Positions 1 through 9,952 of a stretch of DNA of 64,000 nucleotides are shown one piece after another. The first letter of the stretch is position 1; each line of letters opens with the position of its first letter. The position numbers were made by a program, and so were the translations under genes. The notes beneath the pieces were generated by a model. The model did not search any database, was not told the DNA's origin, and worked only from the letters and a program-made list of their open reading frames with translations. Source of the stretch: an uncultured Chloroflexia bacterium (lineage in GTDB: Bacteria > Chloroflexota > Limnocylindria > Limnocylindrales > CSP1-4); assembly GCA_963759495.1 (NCBI GenBank), contig CAVWZL010000013.1:56466-120465 (forward strand), read 5' to 3'.

Positions 1-1385
1 TCCAGGCGGCCTACGAGCAGCTCGTGGGCACCGGCCCAACGAAGGGCGGGACGGCCGGTCCGCGGCCCGCGGCCTGGCGGGCCGAGGACGTGCGCGCGGA
101 CGCAACGCGACGGGCGTACGGCACGCGAACCCGACGGCCCTCCGGTCGGACCGGTGCCCCGCCGCCACCGCGCGATGGGGGCACGACGGGTGCCACGGGG
201 CCGGCGGGGCCGGCGGGGCCGGCGGGACCGGCTCGTCCGGCCGACGCCGGACAGTCCCGCCGTGAGCGACCATCTCGCCGCGGCCGGGCGCCGAACAAGG
301 CCACGATGGGCTCGACGACCTATGACGGGGCCGAGGACGAGCCGTTCGAGCCGGGCTGGACCGGTGCGAGCTGGTATGGCACGACCTCCGGCACCTACTG
401 GACGCTCAATCCGAAGGAGTACGCCGACCCCCGCAAGCACGGCCCGGAATACCAGGCACGGGCCAGGCGGCGGCGAGCCGCAGCCGCAGCCGCTGCGGCT
501 GGGGGAGAGCAGGAGCCGGCCTTCGACGAGGATCCCGCGGCGGGGGACGAGACCGGCGTGGACGGCGAGACGGCCGAGGACCGGGAGTCCAAGGACGCGA
601 CGGACCCACGTGCCGGCGATGCGGCCGGCCCGCCCGACGACGGCGCCACCTCGCCCGACGACGGCGCCACCTCGCCGGACGACCCCACCACCTCGCCGGA
701 CGACCCCGCCACCTCGCCCGGTGGCACCGGCGCACCCGAGGACGACCCGCCGCTCGCCGGCAGCCCGGGCTGGACGGCGACACCCCGGACCAGCCCCGGC
801 GCCTCGTGGTGGGCAGAGCCCGGCCGCGCGTCCCGTCGTCGTGCCGAGCGCGACTCCGAGTGGCGTTCCGGCAGGCAGGACCCAAGGGACCGTCGACGCG
901 GGCACGGAACGACAACTGCGCCGGACCTCGATCCGTTCGATCCCGGGGCGGCGGTCGAGGGGCTGACGACGATGCTGCTGCGCAACCCGACTCGACCCCT
1001 GAGCCGGCTCGCGCTCGCGCTCGCCGGCGGGGCACCGCTTGCGCTCGGGCTGGCGTGGCTGCTCGGCGAGATCACGGGCTGTGGCCGCTTCTCGGCTACC
1101 TGCGATCCGGGGGTGATCTCGTTCGCCTGGCTGGCCGGGGCGCTGATCGTCGCGGGTCTCGTCGTGGCGCCGGCACTGGCCTTGATCGCAACCGCCGGGA
1201 CCATCGTCTCCTTTGCGGCCGGTATCCCGGCGACGGTGCTCCTGACGGCGACGGGCGGGGCACGGATGCCCCAGGCGAGCAGCGCAGTGCTGGGCGGCAT
1301 CCTCGTGATCGGCTGGCTCGCCGGAGTCGCGTATGCGGCCTCGCGTCGACGCTCCCGTTCCACCCGTCGGGGTCCCGTATCCTGA
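1..1385 (+). CDS. Probable J-domain (DnaJ-like) membrane protein, 5'-truncated by the window edge
   Basis: Frame is open from position 3 and reads QAAYEQL, typical of J-domain helix III. A low-complexity linker and about 4 hydrophobic C-terminal segments follow. The HPD motif would lie upstream of the window. Confidence 0.55.
   Translation, partial: QAAYEQLVGTGPTKGGTAGPRPAAWRAEDVRADATRRAYGTRTRRPSGRTGAPPPPRDGGTTGATGPAGPAGPAGPARPADAGQSRRERPSRRGRAPNKATMGSTTYDGAEDEPFEPGWTGASWYGTTSGTYWTLNPKEYADPRKHGPEYQARARRRRAAAAAAAAGGEQEPAFDEDPAAGDETGVDGETAEDRESKDATDPRAGDAAGPPDDGATSPDDGATSPDDPTTSPDDPATSPGGTGAPEDDPPLAGSPGWTATPRTSPGASWWAEPGRASRRRAERDSEWRSGRQDPRDRRRGHGTTTAPDLDPFDPGAAVEGLTTMLLRNPTRPLSRLALALAGGAPLALGLAWLLGEITGCGRFSATCDPGVISFAWLAGALIVAGLVVAPALALIATAGTIVSFAAGIPATVLLTATGGARMPQASSAVLGGILVIGWLAGVAYAASRRRSRSTRRGPVS
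633..720 (+). repeat. 21-bp coding tandem repeat x4 (PDDGATS/PDDPATS)
   Basis: Unit ccgacgacggcgccacctcgc repeated with small variations. Confidence 0.85.
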
Positions 1386-1389
1386 GGCC

Positions 1390-2118
1390 ATGCCCCGACG
1401 TCAGGATCCGCGTGACCTCTCCGCCGCAGCGCAGGAATACCTCCTGACGCTGCGCGTGATCGGCGCCGGCGGGACGAAGGTCACGGCGGCCCAGGTGGCT
1501 CGGCGGCTCGGCGTCACGACCCAGGCGGCGAGCGAGATGTTCCGGCGACTGATCGCGGACGGGCTCGTGTCCCAGTCGGAGGGCCGCGAGCTGCACCTGC
1601 GTGACGCGGGCCGGGCCGCAGCCGACACGATCTTCCGCAGGCACGCCCTGATCGAATGGCTCCTCACATCCGTCGTGGGCCTCGGCTGGGCCGAGTCGGA
1701 CGAGGAGGCGATGCGGCTGCAGGGCGCCATCTCGCCACGCGTCGAGGCGCGGCTCGACGAGATGCTCGGGCACCCGGAGACGTGTCCGCACGGGAACCCG
1801 ATCGACGCCGCCACGGCCGCCCGCCGGCCGCCGGGGATCCCGCTGAGCGAGATCGAGGCCGGCGAGCGAGCCACCGTCTATCGGATCACCGAGGAGGCGG
1901 AGGAGGACGCAGGGTTGCTGTCCTATCTCGAGGCGCGCGCACTCCGGCCCGGGGCGCACGTGACGATCCTCGCGCGCTCGGGCTCGCTCGACTCGCTGAC
2001 CCTCGATGGCCCGGGTGGGCGAGCGACCCTCGGACTGCGGCCGGCAGCCCTGGTCCACGTCCTGCGCGGCGAGGCCGACCCGACTCTCTTCCACACGGTT
2101 CCTCTCGGCAGGTCCTGA
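1390..2118 (+). CDS. DtxR/MntR/IdeR-family metal-dependent repressor with C-terminal FeoA-like domain
   Basis: QEYL...HTH, RRHALIEWLL, LGHPETCPHGNPI motifs; ATG 6 nt after TATCCT. Confidence 0.9.
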   Translation: MPRRQDPRDLSAAAQEYLLTLRVIGAGGTKVTAAQVARRLGVTTQAASEMFRRLIADGLVSQSEGRELHLRDAGRAAADTIFRRHALIEWLLTSVVGLGWAESDEEAMRLQGAISPRVEARLDEMLGHPETCPHGNPIDAATAARRPPGIPLSEIEAGERATVYRITEEAEEDAGLLSYLEARALRPGAHVTILARSGSLDSLTLDGPGGRATLGLRPAALVHVLRGEADPTLFHTVPLGRS

Positions 2119-2154
2119 GACCGGCGTCCCACCCGGCGCTGGTAGGCTTCGGCC

Positions 2155-3660
2155 ATGGCTGACGACGTCCGGGTCCGCATCGCACCGAGTCCAACGGGCC
2201 CGCTCCACATCGGGACGGCGCGCACGGCGCTGTTCAACTTCCTGCACGCGCGACACGTGGACGGGACGTTCATCCTCCGCCTCGAGGACACCGATCAGGC
2301 GCGTTCCACGCTTGCCTTCGAGCAGGACATCCTGGACGGCCTGCACTGGCTCGGTCTGACCTGGGACGAGGGTCCGGAGGTCGCCGGTGAGGAGGCCCGC
2401 GGCCCGCATGCGCCGTACCGGCAGATGGAGCGGCTGCCGTCCTACGCCGAGGCCGCCCAGCGCCTGCTCGCAGAGGACAAGGTCTATCCGTGCTATTGCT
2501 CCGCTGACGAGCTCGCCGCGGAGCGCGCCCGCCAGGAGGCGGCGAAGCTGCCGCCACGTTATTCGGGCAGGTGCGCCGGGCTCACCGCCGATGAGCGGGC
2601 AGCGTTCGAGGCCGAGGGTCGCCGCGGGGCGCTGCGTTTCCGCGTCGGCGAGGGGGTCGTCGCGTTCGACGACATCGTCCGCGGGCGCGTCGAGATCGAC
2701 GTGTCGAACCTCGGCGGCGACTTCGTCATCGTTCGCAACGACGGCTCGCCGCTGTACCACTTCACGGTGGTGGTCGATGACGCGGCGATGGGCATCACTG
2801 ACGTCATTCGCGGCGAGGACCACCTCTCGAACACGCCCAAGCACATCCTGCTGTTCCGCGCGCTCGGCCACGAGGTTCCACGGTTCGCGCACCTCCCGCT
2901 CATCCTGAACGCGGACCGCACGAAGATGAGCAAGCGCAAGAGCCAGACCGCGATGGCGGACTACATCGCGGATGGCTTCATCCGCGAGGCGCTCGTCAAC
3001 TACCTTGCGCTCCTCGGCTGGTCCACGGGCACGGAGGAGGAGGTCCTGACGATCGAGGAGATCGTCGAGCGCTTCGAGATCGCCAGCGTCCACAAGGGTG
3101 GCGCCGTCTTCGATCGCGAGCGCCTCGAGTGGCTCAACGGCCAGTGGATCCGGCGTCTGGCGCCCGATGACCTCGTGGAGCGGCTCGCGCCGTTCCTCGC
3201 CCGCGACCTCGAGGCCGGCCGGATCGATCGCCTGCCTGGTGAAGACGAGCTGCGCGCCATCCTGCCCGTCATCCAGGACCGGCTGCCGACGCTCGGCGCG
3301 GTCGGCGACCTCGTGGGCTTCCTGTGGATCGACCGGCTCGAGACCGATCCCGCGATGCTCGTGCCCAAGCGCTGGGATCCCGCGACGACAGAGGCCGGCC
3401 TGCGCGCCGCACGCGACACGCTCGGCGACATCACCGAGGTCACCTGGGAGGCAGACGAGCTCGAGCCGCCGCTGCGGGCACTGGCCGAGGCGCGTGGCTG
3501 GAAGGCCGGTGACCTGTTCATGGCGATCCGCGTCGCCGTCACCGGCCGCACGGCAACGCCGCCACTCTTCGACACCCTGGTTGCGCTCGGTCGAGACCGC
3601 ACGCTCGCACGGCTCGACGATGCAATCGCGGTCCTGGCACGGGCCGGCACACCGGCGTGA
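2155..3660 (+). CDS. gltX: Glutamate--tRNA ligase
   Basis: RIAPSPTGPLHIG, RGEDH, KMSKR motifs; anticodon-binding C-terminus. Confidence 0.97.
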   Translation: MADDVRVRIAPSPTGPLHIGTARTALFNFLHARHVDGTFILRLEDTDQARSTLAFEQDILDGLHWLGLTWDEGPEVAGEEARGPHAPYRQMERLPSYAEAAQRLLAEDKVYPCYCSADELAAERARQEAAKLPPRYSGRCAGLTADERAAFEAEGRRGALRFRVGEGVVAFDDIVRGRVEIDVSNLGGDFVIVRNDGSPLYHFTVVVDDAAMGITDVIRGEDHLSNTPKHILLFRALGHEVPRFAHLPLILNADRTKMSKRKSQTAMADYIADGFIREALVNYLALLGWSTGTEEEVLTIEEIVERFEIASVHKGGAVFDRERLEWLNGQWIRRLAPDDLVERLAPFLARDLEAGRIDRLPGEDELRAILPVIQDRLPTLGAVGDLVGFLWIDRLETDPAMLVPKRWDPATTEAGLRAARDTLGDITEVTWEADELEPPLRALAEARGWKAGDLFMAIRVAVTGRTATPPLFDTLVALGRDRTLARLDDAIAVLARAGTPA

Positions 3661-4091
3661 CCGAGGCCGACGTCGCGGCCTGGCTCGACCGCTACGTCGC
3701 CGCGTGGGGATCGTGGGACGCGGCCGCGATCGGCGACCTGTTCAGCCTCGATGCCGAGTACCGCTACCACCCGGGCGATGCGCCGTTCGTCGGCCGCGAC
3801 GCGATCGTCGAGTCGTGGCTGGAGCCGTCGGGGTTGGCCGGCGTGAGCCGCGACGAGCCCGGCACGTGGGAGGCCGCGTTCGTACCGTGGCTGGTGGGCG
3901 AGCGTCGAGCGGTGGCCGTCGGGACGAGCCGCTTCTATACCGATGCGACCCGGGCGACCTCCGCCGAGGCGTGGGACAACTGCTTCCTCCTCGAGTTCGA
4001 CGCCGATGGCCGCTGCCGCTCGTACACCGAGTTCTCGAACCAGCGGTCCGAGGACGGCGACGACGTTCACGAGCCGTCAACGGCCCGTTAA
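3657..4091 (+). CDS. SnoaL-like / NTF2-family protein
   Basis: WLDRYVAAW...LFSLDAEY...GRDAI...FDADGRC pattern; GTGA overlap with gltX. Confidence 0.75.
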   Translation: MTEADVAAWLDRYVAAWGSWDAAAIGDLFSLDAEYRYHPGDAPFVGRDAIVESWLEPSGLAGVSRDEPGTWEAAFVPWLVGERRAVAVGTSRFYTDATRATSAEAWDNCFLLEFDADGRCRSYTEFSNQRSEDGDDVHEPSTAR

Positions 4092-4107
4092 CACGCCCGA
4101 CTATGCT
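4065..4107 (+). promoter_or_regulatory. Putative PHO box (three 11-bp direct repeats) plus -10 TATGCT
   Basis: GTTCACGAGCC/GTCAACGGCCC/GTTAACACGCC at 4065/4076/4087, directly upstream of the response regulator. Confidence 0.7.
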
Positions 4108-4116
4108 GGGCGACGG

Positions 4117-4813
4117 ATGGCACGCACGATCCTCGTCGTCGAAGACGAGCCGACCCTGCGCGAGACCCTGGTCGACGCGCTCGAGGCGGACGGATTTCGC
4201 AGTCGTTGCCGCTGCCGATGGTCGCGAGGCGCTCGAGCGTTTTCGGGCTGACCGCCCGGACCTGATCCTCCTCGACGTGATGCTGCCCGAGCTCTCGGGC
4301 ATCGAGGTCACCCGGATCATCCGGGCCGAGTCCGGTGTCCCGATCGTGATGTTGACCGCGAAGGACTCGGAGCTCGACAAGGTCGTGGGGCTCGAGCTGG
4401 GCGCCGACGACTACGTGACCAAGCCGTTCAGCCTGCGCGAGCTGTCAGCGCGGATCCGGGGGCAGTTCCGCCGCTCGGAGCAGGCCGCGGCGAGCGAGAC
4501 GCCACCCGCAACGGTTGCGATCGGCGACGTCCAGGTCGATCTCGCCGGACACCGTCTCCTGCGCGACGGCGCGGTCCTGCCGGTCAAGCCCAAGGCGTTC
4601 GAGCTGCTCGCCTTCCTGCTGCGGCACCCGGGCCAGGTCTTCACCCGGGATCAGCTGCTCGAGCGCGTCTGGGGCTACGACTACGGCGGCGAGACGCGCA
4701 CGGTCGACGTGCACATCCACTGGCTGCGGAGCCAGGTCGAGGCCGACCCCGCCGTGCCGCAGTTCATCCACACCGTCCGCGGCGTGGGCTACGTGTTCCG
4801 CCGGCCAGCCTGA
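4117..4813 (+). CDS. OmpR/PhoB-family response regulator (RegX3/PhoP-like); frameshift near 4200
   Basis: MARTILVVEDE in one frame, then PDLILLDVMLP, GLELGADDYVTKPF, TRTVDVHI, TVRGVGY in another. Confidence 0.9.
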
Positions 4814-4817
4814 CGTT

Positions 4818-5130
4818 CCGCGAGCCGCCGCGAGCCGCCGCGAGCCGCCGCGAGCCGCCGCGAGCCCGAGCCGCCGCCGGCCCGCGCCACCGCCGGCCCG
4901 CGCCACCGTTTCTGTCAAATGCCCGCCACGCCGGCACTCGTCTGACGTTTCGGGACCGGAGCGGTGCGGCCCGTGCGTGAGGACGCAGCTTCTTCCGGAC
5001 AGAAGCCCGTCCTGCGCGGCATCTGTCGAAAAGCGGCCGACCAACGCCCACCAGGCTGGCATCTGGCGAAAACCCTCGCGGCGGCTCGGCGGCTCGGCGG
5101 CTCGGCGGCTCGGCGGCTCGGTGACTCGGC
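4818..5130. repeat. Structured intergenic repeat element with inverted microsatellite flanks
   Basis: (cgagccgccg)x4 on the left, (ggcggctc)x5 on the right, GGCATCTGNCGAAAA copies and a central hairpin. Confidence 0.7.
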
Positions 5131-5215
5131 GACCCCGCGGCACGGGCGGGCGGTGTTCCGCGGCTGGGCGCACGGAGGGCCCGAACGGCGCCGTCGCGGG
5201 ACGCGCGACCAGCCG

Positions 5216-5833
5216 CTACGTGCCCTTGTGCTGCATCCGTTCGATGGCCTCGGCCGCGTCCTCGGCTGCGTCGATCGCCTCTTCGAGCGAGCCGTACAGC
5301 TCGCGCCACTTGATGACCTCGATCGCGTCGGTCGACTCGCGGAACAGCCGCCCGACCGCCGCCCGCGACAGTCCGTCCGCCTCGTGCTCGAGCTCGTGGA
5401 TCGTCTCGAGGTGCCGGTTGATGTCCTTCATCCCGTCGAGCTTGCGCATCGCGGCGGCCAGCTCGACGCCCTGTTCGTTGAGGATCGCGGCCAGCCGCTT
5501 TGCTTCCGCGGTGGGCTGCCGGACGTCGTAGATGACCAGTGTCTCGGCGACGGCCTGGATGATGTCGACGATGTCGTCCAGTCGAACGACCAGCTCGTGG
5601 ATGTCCTCGCGGTCGAACGGCGTGACGAAGGCGTCGTCGAGCCGTCGATTGATCTCGTCGTCGATCTGGTCGCCGCGCTTCTCCAGGGCCTGGATCTCGG
5701 TCACCCGCTCATCGAGCCGGTCGAACTGTTCCACCATCTCGTTCAGGCGGCCGGCGGCCAGTGCCAGGTTGTCGCCGTCCGCGATGAACAGGTCGTAGAA
5801 CTTCACGTCCTTGGGGATCAGGCGAAACGCCAC
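5216..5833 (-). CDS. DUF47 / PhoU-like Pit accessory protein
   Basis: FVTPFDREDI, IHELEHEAD, IKWRELY motifs; downstream of Pit. Confidence 0.9.
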   Translation of the reverse strand: MAFRLIPKDVKFYDLFIADGDNLALAAGRLNEMVEQFDRLDERVTEIQALEKRGDQIDDEINRRLDDAFVTPFDREDIHELVVRLDDIVDIIQAVAETLVIYDVRQPTAEAKRLAAILNEQGVELAAAMRKLDGMKDINRHLETIHELEHEADGLSRAAVGRLFRESTDAIEVIKWRELYGSLEEAIDAAEDAAEAIERMQHKGT

Positions 5834-5882
5834 GGGAGCACCTCCGAGCGGGGATCAGGCTGTTGGAGCGCGAGGGTCCGGC

Positions 5883-6884
5883 TCAACCGAGCCCGACCAC
5901 GTTGAGGGCCAGCCATGTCAGGGCGGCGACCGTCCCGGCGGCCGGGATGGTGATGATCCAGGCGAGGAGAATGCGCCGCGCCACGCCCCAGCGGACGCCG
6001 CGGACGCCTCGGGCGGAACCGACGCCCATGATCGCGCTCGAGATCACATGGGTCGTCGAGACCGGCATGCCGAGGTGGGCGGTGGCGTAGAGGATGCTCG
6101 CGGCCGTCGTCTCTGCCGCAAAGCCATGGACCGGCTCGAGCTTCACCACTCGGTGGCCCATGGTGTGCATGATCCGCCAGCCGCCGACCGCCGTCCCGAG
6201 CGACAGGGCGGTGGCCGCGACGATGATCACCCACAACGGCACGGTGACGTCCTCGATGACGCCGGCCGAGAACAGCGCGAGCGTGATGATGCCCATCGTC
6301 TTCTGCGCATCGTTCGAACCGTGGCTGAACGCCATGAACCCTGCCGAGAGCACCTGCAGGCGTCGGAAGACGCGCTGGAGCGGATGGCGTGCGACGCCCT
6401 GGAACGTCCAGTACAGCACGATCATCAGCACGAACGCGATGACGAATTCCAGGAACGGCGAGCTCACCATCGGGATGAGCACCTTGCTGATGAGCCCATC
6501 GACCTTGAAGGCCCCCGATCCTGCCGCGACGAGGGTCGCCCCGAGCAGGCCGCCGATCAGGGCATGGCTGCTCGAGCTGGGCAGGCCCCAGTACCAGGTC
6601 AGGAGGTTCCAGGTGATTGCGCCGACGAGCGCGGCGACGATGACGCCCTGGGTCGTGGTCTGCTCGTCGACCAGCCCGGCCCCGATCGTCTTCGCGACAG
6701 CGGTGCCGGCGAATGCGCCGACGAAGTTGAAGATCGCTGCCATGGCGATGGCCTGGCGGGGATGCAGGGCGCGGGTCGCAACGGACGTGGCAATCGCGTT
6801 GGCCGTGTCGTGGAACCCGTTGATGTAGTCGAACGCGATCGCCAGCGCGACCACGATGACGAGCATGACCGTGAGACCTTCCAC
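5883..6884 (-). CDS. pit: Inorganic phosphate transporter (Pit family)
   Basis: NGFHDTANAIAT, GLPSSSSHALIGG, HGSNDAQK, PVSTTH signatures. Confidence 0.95.
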   Translation of the reverse strand: MEGLTVMLVIVVALAIAFDYINGFHDTANAIATSVATRALHPRQAIAMAAIFNFVGAFAGTAVAKTIGAGLVDEQTTTQGVIVAALVGAITWNLLTWYWGLPSSSSHALIGGLLGATLVAAGSGAFKVDGLISKVLIPMVSSPFLEFVIAFVLMIVLYWTFQGVARHPLQRVFRRLQVLSAGFMAFSHGSNDAQKTMGIITLALFSAGVIEDVTVPLWVIIVAATALSLGTAVGGWRIMHTMGHRVVKLEPVHGFAAETTAASILYATAHLGMPVSTTHVISSAIMGVGSARGVRGVRWGVARRILLAWIITIPAAGTVAALTWLALNVVGLG

Positions 6885-7051
6885 GCGCGACGACAACCTC
6901 TCGCAGGGATTCGGAAGGGAGATTGGGCGGGCCGAGCCGATCGAGTGTTGGGGTGACGATAGCGCCGCGCACCCACGAGCGCCGCGCGGGGTGACGGACC
7001 GCTGCCCGGCCGTTCCTCCGGCGCCGCGGTTCCGCCGGTATCCTTCCCGCC

Positions 7052-8794
7052 ATGCGCCTTTCCCAGCTCTTCTTCACGACCCTGCGCGACGACCCAGCGG
7101 ACGTCGAGATGCCATCGCACCGGCTCCTGCTGCGGGCCGGCTACATCCGGCCGCTCGGATCGGGGATCTATTCGCTGCTGCCGCTCGGCAAGCGCGTGAA
7201 CGATCGGGTCGAGCAGATCATCCGCGAAGAACAGGACCGGATCGGCGGCCAGGAGATGGAGATGCCGGTCGTCCACCCGGCGGACATCTGGCGCGCGAGC
7301 GGCCGCTACGACGCGATCGGCCCGGAGCTGACCCGGTTCAAGGACCGCAACGGCCGGGACATGGTCCTCGCGATGACCCACGAAGAGGTCGTGGGAATCC
7401 TGCTTGGCGACATCGTGAAGTCATATCGGCAGCTGCCGATGATGGTCTACCACTTCCAGACGAAGTGGCGCGATGAGCCCCGGGCACGAGCCGGCCTGAT
7501 TCGCGTCCGCGAGTTCGTGATGAAGGACGCCTACAGCTGCGATCGAGACGAGGCCGGCCTCGACGCGAGCTACCAGGCGCAGTACGACGCCTACGTCCGG
7601 ACATTTGATCGTCTTGGCTTGAAGACGGTGGCGGTGAGCAGCGACGTCGGGATCATGGGCGGCAGCCAGGCTCACGAGTTCATGGTCCTGAACCCCGCCG
7701 GGGAGGACGTGCTCGTCCTCTGTGAGGCGTGCGGCTACGCGGCGAATCGACAGGTCGCGCGCATCGAGCACCCGGCGCCCGAGGCCGAGGAGCCCGCGGC
7801 GCGCCAGGAGGTCGAGACGCCCGGCACGACGACGATCGCGTCGCTTGCCCGCTTCCTCGATGTGCCCGAGACCCGTACCGCCAAGGCGGCGTTCTTTGCG
7901 ACCGGCGACGGCCGGCTCGTCACCGCGATCGTCCGGGGCGATCTCGACGTCAACGAGACCAAGCTGTCGAACGCAGTTGGCGCGAGCACGGGGATCCGGC
8001 CAGCGACCGCTGAGGAAATTCGGGCCGCCGGGATGGAGCCCGGCTACGGCTCACCAATCGGCGCGCACGACACGGTGATCGTCGTCGACGAGCTCGTCGC
8101 TCGCTCGCCGAACCTGGTAGCCGGCGCCAACCGCGAGGGATTCCACTACCGGAACGTCAATGTGCCGCGCGACTTCACACCGGACGTCACCGCCGACATC
8201 ACGAACGCCCGCGAGGCCGATCCCTGCCCGACGTGCGGCCAGCCAGTCATCCTCCGCAACGGGATCGAGGTTGGCAACATCTTCAAGCTCGGGACCAAGT
8301 TCACCGATGCCGCCGGCGCGACGTATCTCGGCGAGGATGGCGCCGCGCATCCGATCGTCATGGGCTCCTACGGGATCGGCGTCGGTCGGAACGTGGCCTG
8401 CATCGTCGAGGACCACCACGACGAGAAGGGGATCGCCTGGCCGGCCGAGGTCGCCCCGTACGCGGCCCATCTGGTCGAGATCGGGGCCGCCCGCGATCCG
8501 AAGGTTCACGAGACGGCGGAGCGCCTGCACGCGCTCGCTGCCGAGGCCGGCTCGCGCCACGAGATCCTCTGGGACGACCGGGACGAGTCACCCGGCGTCA
8601 AGTTCACCGACGCGGAGCTGCTCGGGATGCCGTGGATCCTGACGGTGAGCCCGCGCTCGTTGGCGGCGGGCGGGGTCGAAGTGACGGAACGGGCGACCGG
8701 CGAGCGTGCCACGCAGCCGCTTGAGGCGGTCGAAGCCTTTGTGCGCGGCGACGCGGCCAGCCCCGTCGCAGCCGAGGTCGGCGCGAGCGCCTGA
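7052..8794 (+). CDS. proS: Proline--tRNA ligase with editing insertion
   Basis: LAMTHEE, RDEPR..GLIRVREF, GIEVGNIFKLG, MGSYGIG. Confidence 0.97.
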   Translation: MRLSQLFFTTLRDDPADVEMPSHRLLLRAGYIRPLGSGIYSLLPLGKRVNDRVEQIIREEQDRIGGQEMEMPVVHPADIWRASGRYDAIGPELTRFKDRNGRDMVLAMTHEEVVGILLGDIVKSYRQLPMMVYHFQTKWRDEPRARAGLIRVREFVMKDAYSCDRDEAGLDASYQAQYDAYVRTFDRLGLKTVAVSSDVGIMGGSQAHEFMVLNPAGEDVLVLCEACGYAANRQVARIEHPAPEAEEPAARQEVETPGTTTIASLARFLDVPETRTAKAAFFATGDGRLVTAIVRGDLDVNETKLSNAVGASTGIRPATAEEIRAAGMEPGYGSPIGAHDTVIVVDELVARSPNLVAGANREGFHYRNVNVPRDFTPDVTADITNAREADPCPTCGQPVILRNGIEVGNIFKLGTKFTDAAGATYLGEDGAAHPIVMGSYGIGVGRNVACIVEDHHDEKGIAWPAEVAPYAAHLVEIGAARDPKVHETAERLHALAAEAGSRHEILWDDRDESPGVKFTDAELLGMPWILTVSPRSLAAGGVEVTERATGERATQPLEAVEAFVRGDAASPVAAEVGASA

Positions 8795-8833
8795 GGGCCG
8801 GTCCGGCGGGGCGCGACCCCGTAGCATTCCCGC

Positions 8834-9895
8834 ATGCCCGCGCGCCCGCTGCTGCCCGACGACGACCTGTATGCCCGCCTCGAGGTTCCGGTGGACGCAA
8901 GCGCCGAGGTCATCGAGATTGCGTGGCGCGCCCTCCTCCGACGGCATCACCCCGACGTCGCCGGTGCAGAGGGGCTTGCCTCGGCCAAGGCGATCAACGT
9001 CGCGCACGACTGGCTGAGCGATCGAAGCCTTCGCGAGCGATACGACCAGGAACGTGGCATTCGCCGTGCCGGCCGCCCACCGGCGGGCAGTGGCACGGCC
9101 TGGTCCGATCGAGGCTCCGGCGCCACGACCCAGCCTGCCCGCCGGCCGCGCGTCGTCGAGGATCCGGCCGTCGCCCTCCAGCGGTTCCTCGAGCGGCTGC
9201 GACGGCTCACTGCCGACGACCTCGACCGGCTCGACTGCGCCGATGCCACGCCCATCGCGTTCATCGCGACGATCGAACGGTTCCTGTCCGAGAGCCAGCT
9301 CGCCGCGATCTCGGCCGCCGAGACAGCCGTCGAGGCACATCTCCCGCCCACGTCCTGGCGCCGCCCGGCCGTGCGCGATGCCGTGCTTGGACCCGTCTAC
9401 GAGCTCGTCCTGGGCCCGTTCCTCGACGAGAACCTCGACGAGCCGTTCCGGGGCCGGGTCCGGGAACGGCTGACGCGTGGCTGGGACGCGGCGGTCGGCA
9501 AGCCCCGCTACGGCCCGAACGGACCGGACGTGGAGGCCCTCGTCGTGCGGATCGAGACGCTGGACCCGGACGAGCTTCGGGCGGTGGCGCGGGCAGGGGC
9601 AACGTCAGGCATCGGCCCGGAGCCCTGGCCGTCGGACGCCACGCCCGAGGACGACGAGGCGCTGCGCGTGTCCTCGGTGCTCGCCGCCCGCGATGCGTCG
9701 CTCGTCCTCGAGACGCGTGGTCTCGACCGCGTGACCCTTGCCGGCGCCCGTCGGGCGGTCACGCACGTCGCCCACCTGCTCGTGCTGCGGCACGCCTTCC
9801 CCGTCGCCGAGTGGGAGCGGCTTGCGTCGCCGTGGCGCTCGCTCCTCATCCCCGCCCGTCGTTCCGCTCCCGCCTCCGTGCGCCAGCGCCGCTGA
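8834..9895 (+). CDS. J-domain protein with unrecognised helical C-terminal region
   Basis: DLYARLEV...RRHHPD...INVAHDWLSD..R..YD. Confidence 0.8.
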   Translation: MPARPLLPDDDLYARLEVPVDASAEVIEIAWRALLRRHHPDVAGAEGLASAKAINVAHDWLSDRSLRERYDQERGIRRAGRPPAGSGTAWSDRGSGATTQPARRPRVVEDPAVALQRFLERLRRLTADDLDRLDCADATPIAFIATIERFLSESQLAAISAAETAVEAHLPPTSWRRPAVRDAVLGPVYELVLGPFLDENLDEPFRGRVRERLTRGWDAAVGKPRYGPNGPDVEALVVRIETLDPDELRAVARAGATSGIGPEPWPSDATPEDDEALRVSSVLAARDASLVLETRGLDRVTLAGARRAVTHVAHLLVLRHAFPVAEWERLASPWRSLLIPARRSAPASVRQRR

Positions 9896-9952
9896 TCGCC
9901 CACCGCCCGGATCACGGCCGTCACGTCCGGCGGCCTGTGCCATGCTCGGGTC

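Noticed and set aside
6885-7051. Riboswitch or T-box leader for pit or proS
   Set aside because: proS has a -10 only 7 nt from its ATG, leaving no leader, and no known aptamer consensus was recognisable in the pit leader.
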